Positions 40,640 to 52,247 of a stretch of 64,000 bases of DNA are shown here, piece by piece. The notes under the pieces are model-generated. The model did not search any database and was not told where the DNA came from. It was given only the letters and a program-made list of their open reading frames with translations. The stretch spans positions 47,988,001-48,052,000 of the forward strand of contig OZ231126.1 in the NCBI GenBank assembly GCA_965153355.1, read 5' to 3'. Position 1 is the first letter of the stretch. Each line of letters starts with the position of its first letter. Position numbers and translations under genes: made by a program. The DNA is from Flaccisagitta enflata (taxonomy: Eukaryota).

Positions 40640-41525
40640 CAGGTAGTCCGCCAGCGAATTTGGGTGCGTTCAGCAACGGGGAATGAACGCCTGTTCAGCA
40701 ACAATACTATACAGGTGTTGATGAACACAATGAAAAAGACCTTTGCCCAACGATTTTGTTCAGAGAGGGCCATAAAAAGCGCGTTCATGAATGGCTAAAA
40801 AATCCACTCCACTAATAATTTTGTCTTCATACCCAATGTATATTATCTTCAGTCTTCACTGTAACATTTATCTACTTAATGAACAAAACTGTTCATCAAA
40901 AGATAAAATTTGGTATTCCATGAACAGCCAGATAAGCAACATTTATGGTTTAAGAATCATGAAGCTAGTGTCAAGTCTAATCCATTTATGGCAAAAAAAT
41001 CTCTTTCATATGTGCCCATAAAAGGTTCACTCAATCACTGGATTTTTTATCCACTCAATGAAATTTTGATATTCATGAACAGCCAAAAAGCAGTATTGAT
41101 GAACATAGTCTCAAGATCACTTCATCTCTAACAAAATATCTTTAAACCCAGCCATTCATGAAGAGTCAAAAAAGTTTCTTTAATAAACTCTTTGTTAGAT
41201 TAAACTAGATGCTCAAAACTGTTATCAAAAAACTTTTTTTTTGCTGTTCTTTAACAGCCAGATGAGCATGTGTCATGAACAGGTAAAAAATCCACTCCAC
41301 CAACAAAACCATTGGTGGAGTGTTTTTTTTACCTGTTCAGCAACGGCTTTTTTTACCCCTCAATGAACGGTCGTTCATGAACAGGTCTTTTTGGGCCCTC
41401 CATGAACAAAATCGTTTGCCAAGAGCCTCTTTTTAGTCGTTCATGAACAGCTCTATGGCATTGTTCAGCAACATGCGTTCATTCCCCGTTGATGAACACC
41501 CCCAAATTCGCTGGCGGACTATCTC
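40640..41525. mobile_element. 886-bp MITE with 8-bp TSD inserted in the 5' LTR of element A (hAT or P superfamily)
   Basis: TIRs caggtagtccgccagcgaatttggg / cccaaattcgctggcggactatctc; gatctatt duplicated at 40632-40639 and 41526-41533; many atgaac/gttcat subterminal motifs; the uninterrupted site is visible in the 3' LTRs. Confidence 0.9.
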
Positions 41526-42121
41526 GATCTATTTCATTGTCCTTTCGTTGGCATTGCTATTTATTTGCTTGTGATGATATATTTGATTATCTGGATGCAT
41601 TCTTTCTTTCAGTTAATCAGTGTATTTTAACAAGCAATTCAACCTGGAAGCACTTTGGGGATTACGGTGGAACCTGTGGTGAGTGTACTTGGCTACATTT
41701 GTTGACAATTGCTTGAATTGGTTAAGTTATGATGATGCACTAGCTAGTTAGAAGTAGGTATTAACCAATCCCTTTTCCCCCCCTCTCTTTTGTTTCTTTC
41801 TCTTTCTCTTCCTGTATATAATAGTTTAAATACACTTTCTTACCTAGATATCAGTGATAGTATCCACAGACTGACGATGGGAACAACGCCACTGGAAGTG
41901 ACGTTATCAGCGCAATTGGCGTGGTGATGGCGTTGTCAGACCGGACGTGGCGTCTTCAACCGGAAGTTGCGTGGACGACGAGATCCTGATGACGGTACGA
42001 GACAGTATTTTCTACGGTTCTTTACAGTATTTAAACACCAAAGCCGCTGGTGAAAATTGCTAACCCTATATCATTTCTCCCTACCATACATGAGCACAAC
42101 ACGTAGGTACCACCAGATACA

Positions 42122-44836
42122 ATGGCGAATATCAAACCGATCGAAGCCGCTGTATGGGACCTACGTATCATTTCGTTCGTGGGGCGAGAATTGGAGAAAA
42201 GCTTTAATTCAATGACGCTCGCCTTCGACCACGCAACCAAAACGCCGTCGGAGGAAGCGCAGATTGAATTAAACTCTAAAAGCAACTCCTTCTGTGACCT
42301 CTACGAGAAACGATTAAGCAAATACAATGCCTGCGCAATTGAGGATGAACCCAATGCCAAAGAGGTCGCCGGACAGTTGATGCAGGACATGGTTCGCTAC
42401 AAACTGACGCTCGAGGCTCACTTCAAGACGCAGTTGGCAGGGAACGTCGACGAAGTAGTTGACGACCCGGCCGAAGACGTCGGAGTGTTGGGGAGACTAT
42501 CGCTTCTGCACGAAAGCAGGACAAGCGGAAAAGGTGAAGGCGAGAAGGAAGGAAAGGAGAAACCGGAAGTGACAAAGGAAACGGCGCCTCCAAAGGAAAC
42601 ACCACCGGCGTCGATGCTAAACTCATTGAGGAAAAAAGTGTCGTTGACGATGACTGCCGGAAAGAAAGCGCTCGAGAATGTCGTCAGCAGTCAGACGCCG
42701 GAAAAACGCCAACCCCCGTCACATCCTCCCCCTCCTCCTCCTCCAGCAACACCCCCCGCGGCGGCGGCAGCGCCCACAACAGAAGATTCCACGCGGTCAC
42801 GACCACTTCCACCCAGTTTTCAGTGGTTTGAAGACAAACGGCGGAAAGCGGAAGAGGCCAAAGAGAAAGACAAGGGGGCTGAAAAGCCTCAAAGCGTGAC
42901 CACCTCCGCAGCTCCTCGTGCTGATCCTGAACGTAAAGACGATCCGGAAAAAGCCAAGTCGACAGCATCATCGACAAAGTCATCAAAGAAGGGATCTCAG
43001 AGGAGTAAAATGTCGACGGTGATGTCACAACAGGTGGAAAAAGAGAGACAGAGAAAAAGGGAAGCAGAAGAGGAACGAATTAAGTCCAGCGACGCACAGG
43101 CAGATGCGGATATTGCTTACCATCAAAGCATAATCCAAGATCTGCAAAGGCAAAAAGATCTCGACAAAACCCTCCACAAAAAAGAATTGGAAAATATAGA
43201 CAAAAATGCGGCGGATTTGCAGGCATTAATAACAGCCGCCGAAGACGACCAATCGACGGCAAGCGGCGCCGCCGACGATGGAGAGAAGTCGAGAAATGCC
43301 GGCGCCGGACTGGAAATGACCGCCGCAGGTGCAGCATTTGGTGGCGAAACTCCGGACGCATTGACGAGCGCTTGGGTAAACGGCGTGATGTCGAGGCCGA
43401 CGTCGAGGGCCAAAAAAGAAGTGAGAACAAAAACGCCGTCAATCCCGGAGAGATCGCTACAGGATCCCCAGCGGAAGTCAAAAAAGAAGCTGAACATCGA
43501 AGACCCAAAAAAGGAAAACACGGCAAAAAAGGAGGACAAAAAACCACCGACAATGCCATTCCGCAAATTGGGTGATGTGAAGCCGAAAAAAGAGAGAACA
43601 GGAGAAACAGAAAAAACAAAGGGGAAAATCAAGACGAAAGACAAGAAGCCGGGGGTAAAGGTGGATGCATCCGCACCCGCGCATCCGCAAAGATCAAGAA
43701 GCCCCAGTCACTCGTCAATTGTGTCGAGATCGTCATCAACCCCCTCCAAGGCGCCGTCAATAGCTTCCAGCAGCACGAGCAGCTGCGCTTCAAGTGCTTC
43801 AAACACGTTAATGACGAGCATCTTGAGGCTACAGCGGCAACAGTTGGAAGCAGCTCTGAAGCAAACAGCCATCCAACAGCTGAAGGAAGCTAGACCCGCC
43901 AAAAAATTCTCCGGAAGCACTACTAAAAGAATGGACTTTGAAAAGCACATGAAAATCTTCAACGAGGCGATGGAGATCCCGGGCGTGTCCAAAAGACAGA
44001 TGCTGAATGAGATGCAGCATTGGTTTGAAGGATCCGCCTTCAAACTAATCGAGGCGGAAACGCTGAGGAAGTCGGAATCGGCCGTCGACGAGGCGATAAC
44101 AAAGCTGACGAAGAAGTTCGGGATGCGCCAAGAAACCGCGTTGGAGATGCTTGACGAGGTGCTGCAGGGAAAAGCAGTCGACGAGAAAGATCACAACGGG
44201 ATGCTCGATTTTTACGCACGATTGGTGAGCGTCCATTCATTCGCAGTCAAGACCAAAAAAGCGGACGACTTTGAGAACAAGTTGGTGGTCAAGACGATCG
44301 TCGAGAAGAAGCTTCCCTTCCTAAAAGATAAGTGGGCAAAGAAAGTTGTGAGGTATAGAAAGAAAAATGATTCAGATTTGAGATTTGCTGATTTTCTTGA
44401 ATTCATTGATGAAGAGCAAACCATTTCTGAAATGTTATCAGGATACCATCGCAACAACAATCAAAACAAACCTGCTGCATCAGCCAAAATTTCCGCGACG
44501 ACCGCCAACGCCGCCGCAAAGAAGGATACGATGCCGACGCCGGTCCCAAAAACGGCGCCGGGCCTCTGTCCCCGCTGCGACGGAAAACACGGTCTAGCGA
44601 ATTGCCCCACTTACGGCGAGATGAACGCGTCGGACCGCCGGAAGTTCAATAGAAACTTAGGCATTTGCTTCAGATGTCTCGAAGGAGGCCATCTTGCCAA
44701 GGCGTGTCCGTCGACGATCACTTGCGACAAATGCAACGGCTTCCACCACCCTCTGGCGCATCCGGAACCCAACCCGGCGGGAAAACAACCTGATGACAAC
44801 AAGAACGCCGGCGAGAAGGGATCCGAATCTGCGTGA
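42122..44836 (+). CDS. gag: Bel/Pao Gag, 904 aa
   Basis: Starts 96 bp after the LTR; KKFSG capsid-like region; triple knuckle CPRCDGKHGLANC / CFRCLEGGHLAKAC / CDKCNGFHHPLAH. Confidence 0.92.
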   Translation: MANIKPIEAAVWDLRIISFVGRELEKSFNSMTLAFDHATKTPSEEAQIELNSKSNSFCDLYEKRLSKYNACAIEDEPNAKEVAGQLMQDMVRYKLTLEAHFKTQLAGNVDEVVDDPAEDVGVLGRLSLLHESRTSGKGEGEKEGKEKPEVTKETAPPKETPPASMLNSLRKKVSLTMTAGKKALENVVSSQTPEKRQPPSHPPPPPPPATPPAAAAAPTTEDSTRSRPLPPSFQWFEDKRRKAEEAKEKDKGAEKPQSVTTSAAPRADPERKDDPEKAKSTASSTKSSKKGSQRSKMSTVMSQQVEKERQRKREAEEERIKSSDAQADADIAYHQSIIQDLQRQKDLDKTLHKKELENIDKNAADLQALITAAEDDQSTASGAADDGEKSRNAGAGLEMTAAGAAFGGETPDALTSAWVNGVMSRPTSRAKKEVRTKTPSIPERSLQDPQRKSKKKLNIEDPKKENTAKKEDKKPPTMPFRKLGDVKPKKERTGETEKTKGKIKTKDKKPGVKVDASAPAHPQRSRSPSHSSIVSRSSSTPSKAPSIASSSTSSCASSASNTLMTSILRLQRQQLEAALKQTAIQQLKEARPAKKFSGSTTKRMDFEKHMKIFNEAMEIPGVSKRQMLNEMQHWFEGSAFKLIEAETLRKSESAVDEAITKLTKKFGMRQETALEMLDEVLQGKAVDEKDHNGMLDFYARLVSVHSFAVKTKKADDFENKLVVKTIVEKKLPFLKDKWAKKVVRYRKKNDSDLRFADFLEFIDEEQTISEMLSGYHRNNNQNKPAASAKISATTANAAAKKDTMPTPVPKTAPGLCPRCDGKHGLANCPTYGEMNASDRRKFNRNLGICFRCLEGGHLAKACPSTITCDKCNGFHHPLAHPEPNPAGKQPDDNKNAGEKGSESA

Positions 44837-47036
44837 CATGAGGCGCCTTCGACCAACTCCGTCTTCAAAGTCGGCGGCGACGACGGAGCGTGGAGGTTGA
44901 TACTGCCGCTGTACATAACAAACGGTGAAAGAAAAATAAAGACTTTTGCGTTGATGGATGGCGGCGCCAACCGACACGTTGTGTCAAAGGACTTGTGTAA
45001 AAAGCTAAAACTAAGTGGGAGGAAAACAGCGATGACGATAACCACCCTTGAGAAAATGGTGGAAGGGGAGAGGGAAGTGGCAGATGTGGTGGTTGAAGGC
45101 ACCAACGGCTACAGCATCACTCTCAACAACGCCATTTTTGGGGAGATTGTCGCATCAAAGGACAACAGACCGCCACGCGCTGAGGATGTCACTGGGATGG
45201 AACATCTCGCCGACCTGGAATTCCCTTCGTTTCCAGATGGCGACGACGGTTGCTCCATCGGCGTGATAATTGGCGCGGAACATGCCCGAATTTGGATCGG
45301 CGGAGAAACCCACAAAGGCGCCGAGGGCTTACCCATGGGAATTTCCACGCCGCTTGGCGCCGGTCTGATCGGCCCCAGAAACAATACTGACTCGCGATAT
45401 TTTGTTTGCAATTTTGCTTCCTTTCACAGCATTGATTCAGATCTGGTTAAAACCATAAAAAGAATAGATGCCGGTGAATTTGAAAAAGTGGACGAAAATA
45501 AGCGAGAAATGTCGCTCAGCGACAAATTTGCAATCCGCCAAATGAAGGAAGGCATCAGGTGGGATCCCATAACGGAACACTACCGTACTCCAGTCCTTCA
45601 TAAAGGCGGAAGGCAAGCAACAGCTGATGCACTAAACAATTTGGATTCCCCAACGATGGCCCTGGACCGCTTATTTTGCCTGAAAAAACAATTAATGCGG
45701 GACCCAGAAAGACGCCGAATAACATTCGAGACTATGGCAAAATTCTGGGAAAAAGGGCGCGTGAGGAAAATAGATCCAAATGAGCACGCCAACATGCCGC
45801 CAGATCAGCCTAGATGGACAATACCAATCCATGTGGCTGATAAACCTGGCAAACCAGGTCAAGTACGTATCTGCCACGATTGTAAGGCAGCAGTGGGAGG
45901 ATCAAGCCTTAACAACCAGCTCCTGGACGGGCCACAACTTGCCAACGACATCAGAGGTGTGTTGATGCGCTTCCGGTGTGAAGGCCCCGTCGCTGTGGGC
46001 GCGGACATTAAGGATTACTTCCACGTGATTTATGTCACCGAAGAGGACGCAGGTGTCTTCCGTTATTACTGGTTTCGCGACGAGAAAATGGAAGAAATTG
46101 AATTGAATGAGTTCCTTGGCCACATCTTCGGTGCAAAATCATCAAATTGTGTGGCAATTTTCACACTGCAACACCACGTGGAACAGCATTTGGCTGAATA
46201 TGGTCCCCTCGTGGTTCAAGCAGTGATGAGAAACATGTATATTGATGATTTGATAAAATCACTGCGCAACACCAAAGTGGCGTGGGCATCACGGCTGCCC
46301 TCGAGGACGCCGGAATGAATCTGTGCAAATGGAGATCAAGCCACCCGGAAGTCCTTGAAGGCGATACAACGGATCCGGCGCCGGCGGCGCCAGTAGATGT
46401 ATCCGGCGCCACCGAAGACACGACGAAATTGTTAGGCCTTAGATACTCTTTTTCTGCCGATGCCTTTTCCTTTTTGCCAGATAAAGCGAAAGCTGAAATG
46501 AATGTGCAAACCAAAAGACAAATGCTCAAACTGATCGCGTCAATATTTGACCCGTTGGGTTTTTTGGAACCATTTGTCATTTGGGCAAGGCTGATCTTGC
46601 AAAAAGTGTTACGCGTTGTCGAGAATTGGGATAGCAAAGACATTCCAAATGAGTCCCTCGCCGAATTTGTGGAATGGCAGATGAGCCTCAAATCCTTAGA
46701 GTCATTCCGCATATCGAGATGGACGGCGACGCTGGAGACGCAGGACGGCAGAAAAGTTCTCCACGGCTATTCGGACGCGAGTGGATGGGCGTATGGAGCC
46801 ATGTACTACGTCCGCTACGAAGGTCCAAATGGTGAGATTCACGTGTCCATCGTCTGCTCCAAATCCCACGTTGTCCCGCTAAAGGATGTGGTGGCTGGCC
46901 ACATGGAATCAACGCCGCGCTTGGAGCTTCAAGCAGCCCGTCTCGCGGCCAGAATGCGCGCCACCATAATTGAAGAAACAGGGAGTTATGATGGTTATGT
47001 AAACTGGACCGATTCAGAGTGTGTGATTAAGCAGCT
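44837..47036 (+). pseudogene. pol: Bel/Pao pol (protease, RT, partial RNase H), in frame with gag after one TGA; one frameshift near 46280
   Basis: LMDGGAN, ADIKDYF, YIDD, FDPLGF, YSDASGWAYGA, PRLELQAA, WTDSECV; 10-bp deletion relative to copy 2. Confidence 0.92.
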
Positions 47037-50000
47037 GTTTTTGAATGGCTGGTATGTCTGTCTGGTCTGTAATTAAATTAATAGCTACCTCTGATCCTGT
47101 CGCAAATGTGCTCATCATTGGAAGCCATGAGCGACTTGGGTCGACGTCATCTTGTCCATACTGCGCCAGTGCTTCTGACGCCGATAAATCCGGATGTGCT
47201 GCTGCTGCTGCTGCTGGTGATGGTAGTGCCGCTGCTGCGGCTGATGTCGATGCAGCAGAGTGATTTCCTCCAATCCACGGAGCAACGACTGCAGTCGCCG
47301 TTGGTGCCATCAAGGTGGCGTTTTTCATGGTCTTCAACTTTGGAGCCCTTTTTGTCCACGTGGTCTTTTTCGCCCGCCACCACTCTTTTCTTTTTTCGTT
47401 CGCGGTCATTTTGCCTGAAATTGAAAGAATGGTGGACAAGTCAGTATTTTCCCCCTTTTTAAGAGTAGGTTCTTCCGAAACTACATTGCACAGCGGGGAG
47501 ATTTTTTCTGCTTCTGTAGGCAAAATGCGTTTTCTAATATTTTCCCATGTTTCAGCTGAATGGCGTGATAAACTGTCAACTGGTTTCATATAATTAGAGC
47601 TACCTTTTTTATATATCACAGTAGTATTTTCTTTGTCTAAGACTGAATCTAAAAACTCAATGAGCCTATGCTGCCTTAGATATTTGCCACTAAAACCTAA
47701 TTTTAAAGACGTTAATGCCTGGCAATCAATTCTAATTATTACCTTTGTAAACCTAAGATAGTAATAAAATTTGCGAATTGCATAGTACAAACCTAATAAC
47801 TCCCTCTCTGAGCTTCCTGCCTTCCGTTCTGTTTCATTGAAAGCTCTACTTCCAAATGCAATTGGTACCTCTAGCCTTTTTATCTTTTTACTAGGAAATT
47901 CTATATCTTTTATTTGTGATAGGGAGTAGCCTACGCCCTCACCAGAAGAATCACAGGTCACTATCATTTCAGTATCATAAGTTGGGTGAGCTAATTGGGT
48001 AGCATTAACTATTTGACCTCTGACCTTATCAAAGGCCTTTGTATGTTCTTCTGTCCAGTAACTTTCAATTCTTTCGGGAAATTCTTTTTTAAGTAGATTA
48101 TACAAGCATTTTACTGTTAAGCCGTATCCTTCACAAAAATTTCTATAGTAATTAGTAAACCCCAAAAATCTCATTATTTCCTTTTTTGTTTTAAGTGGCC
48201 TGTGCCAATTTTCTAGTACAGCAGTTTTAGATTTTTCTATGCTTATAAAGCTCTTGTCGGTATATAAGCCTAAAACCATAGTTCCATGTGTAAAAAGTTC
48301 TAGTTTATCTAAACGTATTTTAACATTGTATTTAACTAGTTTTGAAAAAACTACCTTAAGTACTTTCCAATGAAAATCTGACCCGCCTTCAAAAGTGAAA
48401 ACGAACCAGTCGTCTACATACACGGCGACAAATTCTCTCACCTTTTTGCCATCAATGACCTCATCAATGCTTTCTACAATTTTGTTCATGCAGACCTGAA
48501 AGCTATTTGCACTACAGTACAAACCTTGCACAGTTCTCACATAAGCTAGATTACCTACATCGTTTGCCGTCGTGGTATGTAGGTACTTAATGCAATCACG
48601 ATTGACTGCTACTGAGAAAAAACCTTGATTTATATCAAATTTTGATAGGAACTCAAATCCTTGCATTTTATTTCTTAGTGTTTCTATAAATGGTAAGTTA
48701 GAAGACTGTGGTTTGCATATGGAATTAATCAATCTTGCGTCAGAAACAAGACGATATCCTTTTAAAGAAGAATAATCATTTTTACCTGGTTTCTTGACTA
48801 AAAAATTGCACATTCTGAATGCGCTTGCTTCCTCAGCCTTAATAAAAACTCCTGCACGGAGCAAATGCTCCTCCATTCTAGCTAATAGTTTTTGTTCCGG
48901 TAGGCTTTTCTTATAATTATTCTGGTAGGCACGCTTATTTTCATGAACCTCGAATTTTGTATTATGGAATTCGTACGGCACGCTGCCGATATCGTAGTTA
49001 TGACGCGAAAAGCATGGCCTATATTCTTGAATCTCTTTTCTAACTCTACTTTGTAAGTTTTTGTCACACATATTTAAATTTAGATCCTTTGAGTCGAGAT
49101 TGAAAAATTCATAGTCATGGAACTCGTCTATAGGTCTTTCTACTTCATCTAAAATCCTATAAATTGTTTCTGCTTCATCATCTGAGGGTCTTTCCCACAA
49201 AAATTCAAATTTAGGTTCCATGCATACGTCCTCATTATTAATGAATAACTCGGCTAAATTGAACAGTTTCTCACCTTTTCCGCGCTGTTGGGAGCCGCCT
49301 TTGAAACGCTGATTGGTCGCTGAACTTGCTTGCGTGATTGGCATCACCGCCATCGGCGATGCAGACATCGTCGTCGCGTTATTCGTCATCGGCATCGTCG
49401 TCGTCGGCATCCTCGTCATCGTTGTCCCCGCTGCGATTGGCCTCGTCGACATTGTTGATGTTATTGCCGGCGCTACCGGCGCTACCGGCGCTACCGGCGC
49501 TACCGGCGTCATCGGCGCCACCACTGTTGTCGGCGGCGTCGCCGTTACTGTCGTTGACTTCGCTGTTGTTGCCGCTGTTTCTGCTTCTGTTTCTAATGTG
49601 TCGAGAAAGTCTTCTATTTCGCGGAAGAGAGTGCTGTCCGGCGTTGCGATTGGCGAACCCAAAAGCCTTTCTTCATCCTGTATTAGGGGTTTTGGGGGAA
49701 ATGATTCTTTAATCAATTTGATATGGTCAGAAGAAGGAGATTTGTTTACAAATTTTGTATATTTTATTTCACTTTTCCCTGATGGAGCATAAATGGTTAA
49801 TGTTTTTGACTCCATGTCGATTTTTGTTTTTAGTTTTTCCATGAGACTCAAACCTATAATAGGATAGTCCCAAGCTAGATCTGCATTTACAACGAAAAAG
49901 TCAGTTTTTAGATCTATGTCTCCTATTCTAAGTCCAAACAAACCTATTCCTGCCCCTGGGATGCTATTTCCAGTTGCACCAACTAAATTTATCTCATTAT

Positions 50001-50238
50001 TTAACGGTTTCAAATCAATTGCAAAATGTTTCTCTTTTTCAGAAATAAGTGACCAATTTGAGCCAGTATCTGCTAAAGCAGTTATTATTTTATCCTTAAA
50101 TCCTGTCTTTCTAAGGGTGATCTTTATAAAGATCCCCTTTTTACCCAATTTATTAATATTATCTTGATTATTTCTGTCTTTTACTTCTGCCCAGAGTCTT
50201 TGAAGTTCTGGCCTCGATAGTTTAAAGAATTTGGGCAT
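47037..50238 (-). CDS. pol: Ty3/Gypsy Pol (aspartic protease, RT, RNase H), truncated before integrase
   Basis: ALADTGS, RLVSDARLIN, KFDINQGFF, YVDDW, RFLGFTNYYRNF, TCDSSGEGVG, SERELLG, RIDCQAL, VDSLSR; open for over 1000 codons. Confidence 0.95.
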
Positions 50239-52247
50239 CTAGCCTTGATATGACCTAATTTACCACACCGGTAACATTTAGTGTTTGATAAGTCCACAGC
50301 TGAAACCTTTTCTTGGGTTTTCTCTTGTTTTTGTAATTCTCTGTCCTGAGTACCAGCATTATTTCTCCTTTCTTGCCTATCTGGATTGTACATTCTAACT
50401 ACTGGCAACTTTCCTTTGTAAGGAGTCAAACGTTGTTCTCTTTTTGAAACATTATGTGGTTGTTGGTTTCTAATGTTATTCATAGTAATATCATTTCTAG
50501 GTTGAGCTTCTAAGATTAGCGAGTTGGACATCGCTTCCTCCATATTTTTTGGCATGGAAAGCCTTAAATTAGCTTTTAAAGGATGTGCTAGTCCATCTAA
50601 AAACCTAAACAGGACTAGGTTATCAATTGTATTTGGTGGTAGGCCTACAAAGCACTGAGTACTTAGTCTTTTTAACTCTAGACCATATTCAAAAGCCTTT
50701 TCTCCACTTCGTTGCCTTCTTGCATTGAACAATTGTAAGGCTGTGGTCTGATTGGTTGAACTTACTGCTTTAATGAACAAATCAATAATCTGATTTAGGG
50801 TTAGATTTGTATTTTTTGTTTCATCTTCTGTCATAATTGAATCCAAAGTACTATAGTAAGGCTCAATTACACTTGTACTAAGTCTGGCTAGTCCCTTTGC
50901 CTTTTTGACTTCTCCTGCGCTAAAAGCGCGTTTTACTATTTTGCCCCATGTCTCCACTGGGAGAGACGCTGAACCAGTATACTTAGGAATCTGAATAGCA
51001 CTGGGTGACTCTACTTTTACGGACACTTCGTCTCCTTCTACTTCTATTTCTTGAGCTTGAGCTGCTTGTTTTGCGTTATTTCCACTATTGTTGCTACTAC
51101 TATTGCCACTACTGCTGCTACTATTGCCACTATTGTTGCTACTATTAGCAGCAGGGCTTTCTACAGTAACTGACCTTCTGCTTCTAGATTTAGGAATTTT
51201 ACTCATCAGATCCTGATTTTCTAACTTTAACCTCGCTATTTCAGCTTTCATTTTTTCTATCTCACTACCGCTATTGTTATTAGTCGCTACTCTCACCTCT
51301 TCAGTCATGCTGTTGCTTGATGGACTACTTGACGGATTGCTCGATGTTTCTTCCACGGCCAAGATTTTGTCATCTGAGAATAGAACAGTTGGTTCAAAGT
51401 TTATTTCCTCTTTAATGGGGAATATTTTTTCTTCATATCTTTTATTTTTGTTTCCCACATTCACAACCAAATCGAAGTGATCTTCTTTCATTTCTTCAAG
51501 TTTTAAGAATGTGATTAACCTATTTATATTGTACATCTCATCGTGACTTATGTCCAAATAGGAAGCTCCACTCAATATCTCAGAGAATTCACTAGCACCA
51601 AGATCTCTGAAGATTATTTTTTCTTCATGGATTCCCTTTTGCAGGTCTAAATAGCCTGGGAAACCGTCATTTGGTGATTTATACCCTTTTCTGTAGGCCT
51701 CAATTGTGTTCATGATTGGTTTGTCTTGTTTTTGAAAGATATTATCTAAGTCGGTTACCTTGGTCATTTTTTCGTTAAAATCTAATCTAATTATTTGCAT
51801 ATTATGGTCATCATTGCATTTTCGATGACAACAGCTAACCATTTTGTTTTTTATGATAAAACGTATGTCATCTTCTCCACACACTTTAAAATTGAAAGCT
51901 GTGACATGTTCTCCTTCGTTACATTTATCGAAACAGTAGCAAGTTTTCACAGTTTTGATATTGTTTTTTATTTTATATAAAAGAATGCCATCTCCTGGTC
52001 TTATGTATTTTCTTATTTCTTTGATCACTCCGTTTTTGTCAAATGTTAGTCCTAGTTTTATGTCATAATGAGAGTTAGAAAATGACAGATACTCATTTTG
52101 GTGTGTGTCGGCAATTTCTGCCATTTCCTTAAAACCCAGGGTAAACACATCACCATCTCCAGTAAAACTCGTCACACTTCTTTTCATCTTACTAAAAGGG
52201 TGTTTTTTAGAAACTAAAGGAAAATTCTTCAGCTCTAATATATGTCC
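50181..52247 (-). CDS. gag: C-terminal part of giant ORF1: Cys-rich region, Gag capsid and CCHC zinc knuckle
   Basis: IPKYTGS..VETW, RRQRSGEKAFEYGLEL, FRFLDGL, PKNMEEA, CYRCGKLGHIKARC. The first ~70 aa of the tracked ORF (52460-52248) come from an inserted repeat. Confidence 0.9.
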   Translation of the reverse strand, partial: GHILELKNFPLVSKKHPFSKMKRSVTSFTGDGDVFTLGFKEMAEIADTHQNEYLSFSNSHYDIKLGLTFDKNGVIKEIRKYIRPGDGILLYKIKNNIKTVKTCYCFDKCNEGEHVTAFNFKVCGEDDIRFIIKNKMVSCCHRKCNDDHNMQIIRLDFNEKMTKVTDLDNIFQKQDKPIMNTIEAYRKGYKSPNDGFPGYLDLQKGIHEEKIIFRDLGASEFSEILSGASYLDISHDEMYNINRLITFLKLEEMKEDHFDLVVNVGNKNKRYEEKIFPIKEEINFEPTVLFSDDKILAVEETSSNPSSSPSSNSMTEEVRVATNNNSGSEIEKMKAEIARLKLENQDLMSKIPKSRSRRSVTVESPAANSSNNSGNSSSSSGNSSSNNSGNNAKQAAQAQEIEVEGDEVSVKVESPSAIQIPKYTGSASLPVETWGKIVKRAFSAGEVKKAKGLARLSTSVIEPYYSTLDSIMTEDETKNTNLTLNQIIDLFIKAVSSTNQTTALQLFNARRQRSGEKAFEYGLELKRLSTQCFVGLPPNTIDNLVLFRFLDGLAHPLKANLRLSMPKNMEEAMSNSLILEAQPRNDITMNNIRNQQPHNVSKREQRLTPYKGKLPVVRMYNPDRQERRNNAGTQDRELQKQEKTQEKVSAVDLSNTKCYRCGKLGHIKARCPNSLNYRGQNFKDSGQK
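50220..50226 (-). promoter_or_regulatory. -1 ribosomal frameshift slippery heptamer U UUA AAC
   Basis: Lies in the gag/pol overlap, phased X XXY YYZ in the gag frame; pol is in the -1 frame. Confidence 0.8.

Larger units (their letters stand above)
40585..47036 (+). mobile_element. Bel/Pao family A, copy 3: 5' LTR, intact gag, pol truncated within RNase H
   Basis: LTR 40585-42026 preceded by ctctg; identity with copy 2 stops after gtgattaagcagctg (~47036). Confidence 0.92.
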
